NCBI RefSeq assembly: GCF_006345805.1
Contig: NC_043007.1
Location: forward strand, 57,164,001-57,228,000
DNA from: Octopus sinensis
Lineage: Eukaryota
Length of the DNA stretch: 64,000 nt
Direction: 5' to 3'
The first letter of the stretch is position 1. Each line of letters begins with the position of its first letter. Position numbers and translations under genes: made by a program. A model generated the notes under the pieces. It saw only the letters and a list, made by a program, of their open reading frames with translations, was not told the DNA's origin and made no database searches. Below, in pieces: positions 1 through 11,499 of the stretch.

Positions 1-147
1 TTATCATTTATATACTCAACGAACACTGAGGAATTCCTGAGCTAGATCCTGCAACAATTGCATGAATGATGTCAGGTAGCCATAAGCAGTGAACGTGCTT
101 CAACAGCTTACTACTAGGTATATACCCAATACTTAAATAATTATATA

Positions 148-1383
148 TTGGGTCATCCCATAAATAATGCGTTTTTTTTTATACTTCTTTTATTTTTCAA
201 AATTTAGATAAACAAAATTCTTCTTTAATCTAAAATATACCCTCCTCTATTTTCTACAATGTTCTTCGATCTATCTTGTAGACTTGCAAGACCCCTCTTC
301 TAAAATTCACTTGTCCGTGACGGAAAATACTCCCCCAGTACTGTTCTGACCTCGTCCACAGAATTCATATATTTTCTGTCCAAATGGTTTTGAAGACTGC
401 AGAATAAATGATAATCAGATGGGGCAATGTCCGGCGAATATGTTAAGTGGGGCATCGTTCCCCATTCAAACTGCTCCAGCCTTTGGAATGTCATCCTCAC
501 TGTATGTGGCCAAACATTATCCTGATGGAAGAACATCTTTCGTCTTGAAACCAAAGATGGTCGTTTTTCTTCTAGCGCTGACTTAAGCCGCTAAAGTTGT
601 TCGCAGTATATCTCTTTTGGTTTGGGATTCAATGTTCAAAGTGGACTAAACCTTTCATATCCCACCAAACAGAACAAAAACAGTTTACGTGGGTAAAGAC
701 CTTTTTAAGCATTGGGTGCCGGTGTTTCTCCTTTCCCTATCCACTGTCTTCGGCGCTTTACATTTTTATAGAGAACTAATTTCTCATCACCAGTCACTAT
801 TCGGTCCAAAAAAGGTTCATTGGTGAGACGTGACAGCAAAGAAGAGCACACATTCACTCTCTGCGCACGATTAGACTCGGACCCAATTTGCTGACTTTTC
901 CGACGGCACGCAGGTGTCCATGAATGACCGAATCCAAGCTTCTCTGCTAGTTCCTTAACAGTTGCGATGGGATTTTGTTCCACCAGAGTTTGCAAGACGT
1001 CCTCGTCGAGTTCTACAGATGTTCCTGAACGAGGCTCGTCTTCTAGGCTGAAGTTTTCGGCTCGGAATTTCTGGAACCACCGTTGACACTAGCTTCGATC
1101 ACTATATACTGCATTAATATTCCTCGCACTTTCCGTTGTGTTGTTGCTTTTATTGAACTCATAGAGCAAAATATGCCGAATATGCACCTTTGTCACTTCC
1201 ATTAGAGCTTTGAAAAAGTAACTGTAAAAATCGAACTGCACTCTTCAAAACTTGTACTAAGAATGAGGACAAGGTAAAATTACTACTTGATTTTATAGTA
1301 AGTTGATGCAGGTAGTTTATTCCATTCCCTTCCGACTTGTTCATGCAATTGAAAAAACCGCATTGTTTATGGGATGACTCTAT
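148..1383 (-). mobile_element. Mariner (DD34D) transposon, near full length, decayed
   Basis: TIRs TTGGGTCATCCCATAAATAATGCG (148-171, preceded by TA) and CGCATTGTTTATGGGATGACTC (1359-1380). Minus-strand transposase pieces: MEVTKVHIRHILLYEF, IVTGDEK, QDN-x34-YSPDIAPSDY. Contains stops and frameshifts. Confidence 0.93.
300..1202 (-). pseudogene. Mariner transposase pseudogene
   Basis: ORF pieces 705-995 and 300-554 plus an N-terminal HTH region from the ATG at 1202; 34 residues between the 2nd and 3rd Asp. Confidence 0.9.
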
Positions 1384-1405
1384 GTATATATATATATATA
1401 TATAT

Positions 1406-2019
1406 ATTGTTGTGTCTGGGGTAAGAAATTCTGTTTAGTGCCTTATTAATTAAAACACTCACTGGTTCAATTTCCACTCATTTACCTATTTATTTAATTT
1501 CTTTTTCTAAAATTTTCGTTGCTTCTTGCAAACTTTTTAATTGTCGTTCACTCTGTCCGTTATCCGAGCTGCATTCTTTTTGTTTGTTTGTACGAGTGTG
1601 TGTGCGTCAGTGTGTATGTACATACACATATGTATGTATGCATGTATGTGTGTGTGTATGTATGTATGTATGTATGTATGTATGTATGTATGCATGTATG
1701 TATGTATGCATGTATGTATGTATGCATGTATGTATGCATGCATGTATGTATGCATGCATGTATGTATGCGTGTGTGTGTGTGTGCATGTATGTATGTGTG
1801 TGTACGTTTGTATGTATGTATTCTGCATAGTCATGTTTTTGTTTGTTCATGTCTATGTGTATGAGTGTGTATACATGCAGATACATACACACACATATGC
1901 ACAGACATATAAACACAGAATACATACATACGTACAAATGCACACACATGCACACGCATATATATATATATATATATATGCATACGTACGTATAAATACA
2001 TAATACATACATACATACA

Positions 2020-2050
<31 letters not shown>

Positions 2051-2272
2051 GCGTATACACATGCACACTGACGCACACACTGACGCACAAACAAACAAAC
2101 AAAATTAACGCAACTCCGATAATGGACAGATTTAGCAACTATTGAAGAGGTTTCGAGAAGCAACGAAAATTTTAGATAAAATAAATATATAAGTAAATGA
2201 GTGTAAATTGAGCCGGTGAATCTGTTAATTAATAATGCATTAAAACAGAATGACTCTCCCCAGACACAACAA
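1406..2272. repeat. Fold-back element: about 200-bp diverged inverted arms around a microsatellite spacer
   Basis: 1406-~1620 is the reverse complement of ~2060-2272 (TTGTTGTGTCTGGGG...TTAATTAA vs TTAATTAA...CCCCAGACACAACAA). Confidence 0.85.
2139..2175 (+). ncRNA. HHR-like motif (degenerate; mirror copy at 1507-1543 minus)
   Basis: CUA-UUGAAGA-G-GUUUC gagaa GCAAC-GAAA-AUUU/UAG. The mirror arm reads UUAAAAA, implying an ancestral core UUGAAAA. Confidence 0.5.
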
Positions 2273-2354
2273 AATATTCTTGCACACACCAATTCACATA
2301 AAGAGCCTTGCAAAACAAATGCATATACGAAACAGACAGACAGACAGACACACG

Positions 2355-2455
<101 letters not shown>

Positions 2456-2569
2456 CGACTAAGATTCAGTTGAATTAAGTACTTAAATAGCGGCACCTTG
2501 TTAGGTCGGTTTAATCCGCACACCCAAGCCATATATTAATTCAATATTGAATATGAAAACTTTGTGCAG

Positions 2570-2676
2570 GAGTGTTTGCACCTGATATTCCTGCCGTGTG
2601 TGCAGACAACGCAACCCAGCTGAGTGAAAAGATCCGCTCTTGGCAGTTCTGCGAGAGATATGACAACAGAAACAAT
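2570..2676 (+). CDS. Candidate internal coding exon of an unidentified host gene
   Basis: tttgtgcag|GA...AAT|gtaaat; open frame (G)VFAPDIPAVCADNATQLSEKIRSWQFCERYDNRNN in unique, GC-richer sequence; no family recognised. Confidence 0.35.
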
Positions 2677-2840
2677 GTAAATATTTTGGGTTCCATTATT
2701 GATGTGAATATGTTAAAGCAGCGATTTTATTCTTAATGTTTGAAGTCTATGCTGTCACAAATGATGTAATGTTTTCATTAATCAATTAAGGAGTCGCTTG
2801 AAACGGGCATGTTGAATTGACACCTGTGCATCTCCATATA

Positions 2841-2885
<45 letters not shown>

Positions 2886-2951
2886 TATTGATTGGGTATT
2901 ATCTGATGGTTGATGATTGATTTAGGTAGGTTTCTCCATTTTCTCATTTTG

Positions 2952-3011
<60 letters not shown>

Positions 3012-3193
3012 AGTACACGTTTATATATTTGTTTTGCAAGATTTTTGATGTGAAATCGTGTGTTGAAACATACATTGTTGTATTTAGGAATGGTCATTTT
3101 GCCAGTTTAGCCAATAAAAACACACGCACTATATATTTGATGTTACTTTGCTTCAGCGTTATTCATTTTTTACATTAATCTTAATCTTATTTC

Positions 3194-3236
3194 GGCCAGA
3201 GTTCTTTCGTCACACTCCTGTGACCTCATCAGTGGT
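3194..3236 (-). ncRNA. Minimal type I hammerhead ribozyme in left inverted arm
   Basis: CCA-CUGAUGA-G-GUCAC aggagu GUGAC-GAAAG AA CUC/UGG. Confidence 0.65.
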
Positions 3237-3465
3237 CCTTTGCTTTCTTCTTTCTTATTTATGTGTCTCTCCTTACTAATGGTCAACCATTTTGTATTTT
3301 GTATTTCTATTGTATGTGTCTTCATTTGCGCATGCGTATACCTCTATGTGTGTCTATGTTTAGTTAGTGTATGTGTGGGGGAAGTGCCTGTAATATTTGT
3401 ATATATATGTTCGTGTAATTTGTTTTTTGTTTTTGTTTTTGTTTATTTTTTATTTTGTTCATGTG

Positions 3466-3500
<35 letters not shown>

Positions 3501-4972
3501 GAAAATGATCGCACATGCACTAGGAGCTAGTATATGAGTTACCCTAAAAGGCCACACGTTTAAGTTTAACAACAAAATATAGGCCCAAGACGAGGGGGCA
3601 GCCATCGGCGTTAGTATCGCCGGTGATGTGGCCAACCTTTTCATGGCATGGTGGGACAGAAGGCTTAAGGAACGCCTGACACAGAACTCCATACTCGTGA
3701 ACATGTACTCTCGCTATGTTGATGATATCAACATAGTGGTAAAGGCACCCCACAAGAGAGTACTCTTGAAATAGAAATAGAAACTAATACTATGGAGAGC
3801 ATCCAGCAAATAGCTAATTCCATCCACCAGAGTATTAAGGTCACGATAGACTACCCCACTAAACACCCTAACCATAGACTACCAGTACTAGACACATAAC
3901 TCTGACTGGAAACTGAGAATAATAAAACCCGAATCCTTCATTCGTACTATGCCAAACCTATGGCCTTCAAATACTTGATCCACCGGAACTCAGCTATCGC
4001 GGACAATGCCAAATTCAATATTTTGATGACAGACCTCGTCAGAATAATGCGAAACGTGTCCCGCATGTGCGAGCCTACAGAGTTAAAGAGACAACATTTC
4101 GTTCACCGCATGCAGTTCTTAGGTTACAGCCATAAAGAAAGGATCAGAATATACAAAGGAGCCATGAAGAAATTTGATACTATCTTATGTAATGATAGGA
4201 ATGGGATTTGCCCACTTTATACGAGCAAGTCATCGAATACTATTGAAAGGACTAAGAAGAAAATAGGGAAGGCCAGCTCTTGGTATGATAGCCACAAATA
4301 CCAGAGTGTCATGTTCGTCGACACCACCCCTAGAGGCGAACTGGCGTACCGCTTTAGAAGGGCCCTAGACAAACTTAAGCTAAGGATTAAGGTTGTTGAA
4401 AGGCCAGGAAACCCTATCAAATCCCTAATTGGTAGAACATACCCTTTTAGTAGAACCCCCTGTACGGATAGGAACTGTACTGTGTGTAGATTTAGCCCAC
4501 AAACAAATTGTAAAGCCAGAAATGTAGTCTATAGTATAAGATGTATAGAGAGACGATGCAGTAAAAGACAACGACATACGAGGGGAAACGGCACGGAGCA
4601 TAGGAGGGCGGGTAAATGACCATTGGAGAGAACTAAGGGAAGAAAAGAGCTCATCGGTTCTGTACTAACACGCCGAGCAGGAACACGGGGGCTCAATCAA
4701 CAACATAGAAGTTAAAATCTTGTCCACACATAGAACAGACGCAACAATCAGACAAATTACGGAAGCTACATACATAATAGAAGATAAACCTAGCCTGAAT
4801 AGGAAACTGGAATGGAACGCTAGCACACACCACAGCATATGACAGAAGATCCCCATAAACTGGTAACAATATAAACAAAACTAAAAACAATAAAATACAC
4901 AGATAAATAAACAAATGGAAGTAAATAGCTATATACATTAGAAATAATAATAATAATAAAATAATAATGATG

Positions 4973-5020
<48 letters not shown>

Positions 5021-5265
5021 TCTGTAAAGACATGAACAAAATAAAAATAAACAAAACAAAAACAAAAAAACAAATTACACGAACGTATATAAACAGGAGA
5101 TACAAATATTACAGGCACTTCCCCCCACACTCACTAACTAAACATAGACACACATAGAGGTATACGCATGTGCAAATGAAGACACATACAATAGGAATAC
5201 AAAATACAAAATGGTTGACCGTTAAGAAGGAGAGACAAACAAATAAGAAAGAAGAAAGCAAAGGA

Positions 5266-5306
5266 TCACTGATGAGGTCACAGGAGTGTGACGAAAGAAC
5301 ACTGGC
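5266..5306 (+). ncRNA. Hammerhead motif in right pLTR (triplet CAC, probably inactive)
   Basis: CUGAUGA-G-GUCAC aggagu GUGAC-GAAAG AA CAC UGG. Confidence 0.6.
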
Positions 5307-5426
5307 CGAAATAAGATTAAGATTAATGTAAACAATAAATAACGCTGAAGCAAAGTAATACCAAATATATAGTGCGTGTGTTTTTATTGGCTAAACTGGC
5401 AAAAATGACCATTCCTAAATACAACA

Positions 5427-5474
<48 letters not shown>

Positions 5475-5479
5475 ACAGC

Positions 5480-5900
5480 TAGTGTCAGGTCACTTGTAAG
5501 GCTTCTCATGAGTGCTACAGGTAACATTGACTCCAGTACAACCTGTTGCATGGTTGGATCATCGGCCACTAAACCGGAACCCTCACTAGGCTTGCCTGGT
5601 GAGGAGGATTGCTAGAAACTTAGCAGGGCTAGAGTCAAGACCTGTGAAAAGGACAGATGAACATAGTGTAGGCTCAACGACCATCTAGCAATAGCGCGAG
5701 TTCTCAGAAATTCTTGGTTGCTGCTCGGCGTGCTGGAAGGCCACTGGGAGTGAGGTACACCTTACCTTTTGTTAAAGCGTGTCTTTAGAACCCACTTCAA
5801 CCCCAGCCTACGACTGCTCCGATAATCGGCCGTGACTTGGTCAGCGAATCCTTTACGACGGTCGAGAATTGACGGCAAGATGAGCAGCTACAGATCACAC
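5480..5900 (+). mobile_element. Probable LINE (RTE-like) 5' UTR fragment
   Basis: GC-richer non-coding block with hairpin CTCACTAGG-CTTG-CCTGGTGAG. Family assignment is from recollection only. Confidence 0.3.
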
Positions 5901-6170
5901 TATCCCAAAATGTGTATGCATGAGACAAGAAACCACATGTGAACTTGTATCCCCGCTGAAACTCCAAACTTGATTCGTTGGTTGGAGCCGGCTAAACCCA
6001 CCCCGGGTGAATTCCGTCGCAAGTCTAAATAATATATATCGACTTCGGGATTAGAATGCCGCATCTGCGTCCGCTGTAATCTGCATAGCTGTGCCAACCA
6101 GTAGACCAAAGCAACATCGCAACTTTTATCATCGAAATAAAGAAACTTAATGTAATTAATAAAGATTATA

Positions 6171-7081
6171 CAGGATGTTTCAGCTAAATTTGAAAGTTTG
6201 TAAAAAATGGAAAAGAAGGAACCATATCGCACTCAAAATTAAAGTATTTAAAAAAATCATCTAGATTATATCTGCGAGGTAACAGTTTGCTCAAAGTATC
6301 CTCCTCTGGCTTCCACTACGGTCTTAAGATGGGTCTGGAATCTGGAGCATGCGTTCCTCACAGTGTCCTTGGTAAGATGTTCGAATACCTCCTTAATCTT
6401 GGCTACCAGCTCGGACGGAGTGTTGCAAGTTGAGTGACTGGTGTTTTCTTAACCTCGTCCCACACGTGGTAATCATTAGGATTACAATCGGGGGAATTAC
6501 GAGGCCAAAAATTGGGGCTTGTGAAGTCGTAGAAATTCTCCGACAAGCATTTCTAATCTTTTCTGGAGGGCTGGGAAGAAGCCGAATCCTGCGGACGCGC
6601 ATGGCCTCCTAGTAGCAACTCTCTCAAGCGAGTGTTTGACCATAATCTCCACCAATTTTCACAAAGTCATCTCAATTGAGCTTAAGACCCTGTTCAAAAA
6701 TGTAGGGTACTATGATCTCACCTTCACTTGAGACACATCCAAAGAAGCTTATGAAAACATTGTTTTCCATGATATCCATGTCAAATCTTAAAGTCTTTAC
6801 AGTGCTCACAAAGCATTGGCCAGCAGTCATGATGTCGGCATTTTGACACTTAGCGCCAATCACCTGACGCAGGCAACTCTTATCTACAATTCAAATGGCT
6901 TCATATCCTCCACGTATCTTATCCAGTATTCAGATTGTTTCATGTCCTCCATGTTAGTTAACTTTTTCTCAACTACAACTTTAATCTTATATTCTCCAAC
7001 GCTGTTGACTCTTCACCAATACATCAAGCTATTCTTGGGAAAAAAACATTAAAAATCGATAAATTTAGCCCGAATACTCAG
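6171..7081 (-). mobile_element. maT-type (DD37D) Tc1/mariner relic, internally deleted
   Basis: TA-flanked diverged TIRs CAGGATGTTTCAGCTAAATTT and AAATTTAGCCCGAATACTCAG. Minus strand FFGCVSSEG and QDS-x37-WPRNSPDCNPNDYHVW. Confidence 0.85.
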
Positions 7082-7172
7082 TACACCAGCAGCTCTTAAC
7101 GAAAATCTCAGCTTACACTGTATTAAAATATGGTATTATACATACATACATACATACATACATATACATACA

Positions 7173-7203
<31 letters not shown>

Positions 7204-7435
7204 GCATGCACACATACATATAACATGCATATATACTCCTTTACTTGTTTCAGTCATTTCAGTTCCTGCTGAATAAGTGCTATAGACAGACCATAGTTAA
7301 GTTCCAGATTCGGTAATATTGCGAATAAAGGGTTCAACGTTGGTCATATGTCAGCGTGTATATATAAATTTTTTTCGTAATGAGACAAAAAAAAACAAGG
7401 CTGTATAGATATTAGAGCATTTATAGATAGAAGGT

Positions 7436-9172
7436 ATTACAGCTGTTTCTAGGATATTAATTAATAATATCCCTTCATCGGAGATGGTGTGAGAGGATAG
7501 TTAGAGGATAGTCATAGTTAGTTTAGATGAGATACAAAATAGAGAGTAAGGTGGAGGAAATAAATAGATGCAAGATATGTATAGGTATTGAAGTTGTAAA
7601 TCCGTTTTATAGGTATAATGTTATATATGCAATATTCCAATATCCTTTGAGTAAAATCCAAAAGTTCAACAGAGTTTAATATGAGTCCTTCCAAATACTG
7701 GGAATGACCAAGTTTAAAAATCTGCTGGATCTCACTCATAAGGGAGCCTTACATTGCTTATAAACTCTGTAAATGAGCGGAAATTAGACCGGTGGGTGTA
7801 TTAAATTAAGAAGGCACTAAAAGAGACACAATAGAATATACTTCAACACACGAATTCACATATAGGATCTCGCAAACCACGCACCAAAACGAAATTAAAT
7901 AAAAATAAAAAATAAAATAGATAAAAAATAATAAAATAAAATATAAAAAAGATAAAAATTTCAAAAAATAAATAAAAATTAAATAAAAATGATAAATAGA
8001 TGAAATAAAAGGATCAAAATAAACAAGTGCAACAGTAACATAAATAAACGAATAAAAAACAAAAATAACCGAATAAAAGAATTAAAGAATAAACGATAAA
8101 AATCGATAAATAAACGATAAAAGTTATTAACAATGAATAAAAATAAATGAGTAAAAATAAGATAGGGTGAAGTGTTATTTTTTAAGGAGATGTAAGGACA
8201 GTCATTGAGAGGAGGGAGTTGTGTTGAGTCGGAAAGAAATTTAGGTATGTAGAGTAAAAATGTAACGCTGTTTCAGGCGGAGTCTAGAGTTGGGGAATCC
8301 GTTGTGTAAGGAAAGGGCGAAGACGGTGATATTTGAGGTGGAGTGGTTGGCCAAGCGAAAATGACGGGCGACGCGGGTGTTCGTACGTAGACAAACATCT
8401 CGTAGATGTTCGGTGAACCGGTCGGCTAGCCTGCGGCCCATCTGACCAACGTAGAGTTTGTTGCAGAGATTACATCTGATGCAGTAAATGAGGCTGGAAG
8501 AAGTGCAGGAGGAGTTCCTAATGTTGGATCCGTTGAGGAAGGTGGTGTTAGTGATGAAGGGACAGGTGTGGCAACGGGATAAAGAGCAAAGGAAGGATCC
8601 GGGTTAGGTTGGGAAGGAAGGGGGAAAGTTCTACGGACCAGTAGATCGCGTAGTTTGCGGGCATGTTTGAAGGAGAGCAAGGGTAGGTAGGGGAAAGTAG
8701 GGAGGGTAGTGGGATCTAGCTGGAGCTGACGGAAGGCCTGTTGGATCCTCCGACGAACGGGTTAGGTGGGGGGAGGAGAGAAAAGGGGATGCGGTTGGGG
8801 ATCGGTGTGGAGAAGGAGAGAGGGTGGTGATGCGATCGATTTGACGAGCGCGGGTAAAGGCAGTTTGGAAAAAGGTGGATGGGTATCCGCGACGCATGAG
8901 CAAGCGGGCCAGGTACTCGGACTGGGTCTCGAAATCTTGGTCACAGCCGCATAGTCGGAAGCGGAGAAGCTGGGAGTAGGGGATGACCCGTTTGGTGTGG
9001 GAGGGATAGGAGGAGGAAATTTGGAGGTAGAGTTGGGAGTCCGTGGGTTTGACGAAAGTGGAGGTGGTGATAGGGTGGGAGGTGAAATCAATGGAGAGAA
9101 AGATATTCAAGAAGTTTACAGAAGTGTCAGAGATGATAGAGGTAAATTGGAGTGAAGGGTGAAAGTTAGATA
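7436..9172 (-). mobile_element. Penelope-like element, 3' half
   Basis: RT C-terminus (HPSLQFT, KPTDSQLYL, IPYSQLLRFR) and GIY-YIG (YVGQMGRRLADRFTEHLRD), followed by an AT-rich 3' UTR ending in an HHR motif. Confidence 0.9.
7438..7481 (-). ncRNA. Minimal hammerhead motif (U4C variant)
   Basis: CCGAUGA-AGGGAUAUU auuaauu AAUAUCCUA-GAAA-CAGCUG-UA, with palindromic stem III. Confidence 0.6.
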
Positions 9173-9180
9173 TATATACA

Positions 9181-9360
9181 GGCGCAGGAGTGGCTGCGTG
9201 GTAAGAGGCTTCCCACCCACATGACTCTGAGTTCAGTCCCGCTGTGTGACACCTTGGGCAAGTGTTTTCTACTATAGCCTTGAGCCGACTAAAGCCTTGT
9301 GAGTGGATTTGGTGGTCGGAAACTGAAAGAAGCTCGTCATGTATATGTATGTATGTATAT

Positions 9361-9411
<51 letters not shown>

Positions 9412-9416
9412 GTATG

Positions 9417-9448
<32 letters not shown>

Positions 9449-9678
9449 TGTATGTATGAATGTATGTATGTATGTATGCATTTGCGTCGGTGATTGTCCC
9501 CCACCATCACTTGTTGGTGTGCTTACTTTCCTGTAACCTAGCGGTTCGGCAAAAGAGACCGACAGAATAATATTAGGTCTGCAAAGAATAAAGTCCTGGG
9601 ATTGATCTGTTTGACTAAAAGCGTGCTCCAGCATAGCCGCAGTCAAATGACTGAAACAGGTAAAAGAATAAAAGAATA
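9181..9678 (+). mobile_element. tRNA-derived SINE, family A (full length, central microsatellite)
   Basis: Head GGCGCAGGAGTGGCTGCGTGGTAAG...GAGTTCAGTCCC with A/B-box-like motifs; tail ...GTCAAATGACTGAAACAGGTAAAAGAATAAAAGA; many homologues in the window. Confidence 0.88.
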
Positions 9679-9723
9679 TACATATATATATATATATATA
9701 TATGTGTGTAGGTAGGTAGGTTT

Positions 9724-9766
<43 letters not shown>

Positions 9767-9784
9767 TAAATTAAGATATATATA

Positions 9785-9822
<38 letters not shown>

Positions 9823-9988
9823 GAGAGAGAGAAAGAGAGAGAGAGAAATAGATAGATGCTTCTGACCCTCAACAGTATTAATCCTTACGTCCACTCTTTC
9901 CTTCCCAGAACATCGGCGCTCTGGAATTTTCTCTCTGTTCATATTTTAACATAGATTCATACATACATGCAGACATGCGTAACACCAT

Positions 9989-10030
<42 letters not shown>

Positions 10031-10039
10031 TACAATAGA

Positions 10040-10140
10040 ATGTCTTGCTCAAGGACACAGCACACAGCCCGGTGAGGGAATCGACCTTACTACCTCATGA
10101 TTGTGAACCCGACGCTCTAACCACTGAGCTATGCGCCTTC
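10040..10140 (-). mobile_element. tRNA-derived SINE head fragment
   Basis: Reverse complement GAAGGCGCATAGCTCAGTGGTTAGAGCG...GGTCGATTCCC...GTGTCCTTGAGCAAGACA. Confidence 0.75.
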
Positions 10141-10904
10141 ATGCACACATATATCTATGTCATGTGTGTGCGCGCGCACACACACACTCAAACACACAGA
10201 CACACACTCAAACATACACACACACACACACAAACAAACATGTAATGTGCATCTGGTTAATGTGTATGGTTTTAAAAGTTTAGCTTTTATTGAACCATGA
10301 TTCAGACTTTGCTTATTTCTCATCTAAAGAAATATTCATACTAAAGTCTGTTAGGCTTCCTTTTCTTCAGGTCTAGTATTCGAATGAAATGGATATGAAA
10401 GTTAACGAATGAGCCTGAAGAATTACATTGAAAAGTTATAGATTTCAGTAGGAAATAGTCAAGTGCTTTAACTCTTCATATGTTTATAGATTTCAGCAAT
10501 GAAAGAGCTGCCGCTTTCCAACTTACCTGTACCTCGCTTTATGTTAATATACATATTCATTTGAGAAGCTTTTCGAAGAGAAGAGGAAAGAATAGCAGGA
10601 GATGTAATTCTATGAGAAGATTTCGATATCTGTTTTGGAACCAAGCATATAACAATACAACTTCATCGGTACTTCTGATACTCCAGAGAAAAACCGGAAT
10701 GCCATGCACGTCTATATTGTATGATTCGCATAAAGTGAAGGAGCTACAGCTCTGATTGGATAGGTTGGCAGTTAACTGAGGTGCTGGTAGTTCGAATTTT
10801 GTTGCAATCACCTTGGACATCAGTGGACAGAAGTTTAATTCCTGTAAATATTCTTCCATACTTTATACGTATAATCTTTTCAACTACAGGCATCAGACCA
10901 GAAA

Positions 10905-11091
10905 ATTTTAAGGAAGGGACTAATCGACTACGTCCATCCCCAGTGTTTGATTGGTACTGATTTTATCGATTGTGATATAATGATAGGCAAAGTCGACTTC
11001 AACGGAATTTGAACTCAGAAGGTAAAGTTGGAAGAAATGCTGTGAAGTATTCTGCCCAGCAGGGTAACGACTCTAGCAGCTCACCACCTTC
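10905..11091 (-). mobile_element. tRNA-derived SINE, family C
   Basis: Homologous to 38964-39181 and 51545-51761 (AAGGTGGTGAGCTG...GAGTTCAAATTCC...GTCGACTTTGCCT). Confidence 0.75.
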
Positions 11092-11499
11092 ATACTGCAA
11101 TAGAAATAAATGTGAATCCATACTCATATTAATTATTTAAGTTCTGTACCGAGAAAATTAAAGGAGCCCACTATTAGTTGTGTCATTCAAGTGGTCTTCA
11201 AACACAAATCCTCTATGATGAGGAGAGGGTTTTAGTCTAACAAATAGACCTAAGGACTTTTTAAACCTATTAATTATTCTATCAATCTCATTTGAAGAAC
11301 CGCTATGTTACGGAGACGTAAACCTACCAACACCGGTTGTCAAACAGTGATGGTGGGACAAACAGACACAAATACACACGCACACACACAAACATACATA
11401 CATACGTAAATACATACATACATACATACATACATACATACATACATACATACATACAGACATACAGACAGACAGACAAACAGACAGACTGACAAACAC

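Larger units (their letters stand above)
3074..5428 (+). mobile_element. Penelope-like element, 5'-truncated, with inverted pseudo-LTR
   Basis: RT pieces (GAAIGVSIAGDVANLFMAWW, SRYVDDI) and a C-terminal GIY-YIG (CTDRNCTVC, NVVYSIRC, IRQITEATYI..KPSLN) within 3500-4820. Arms 3074-3464 and 5030-5428 are near-identical inverted copies. Confidence 0.9.

Noticed and set aside
5540-5640. HDV-like ribozyme in the putative LINE 5' UTR
   Set aside because: A possible P1 is degenerate and no P3/L3 immediately precedes it; the nested pseudoknot could not be built.
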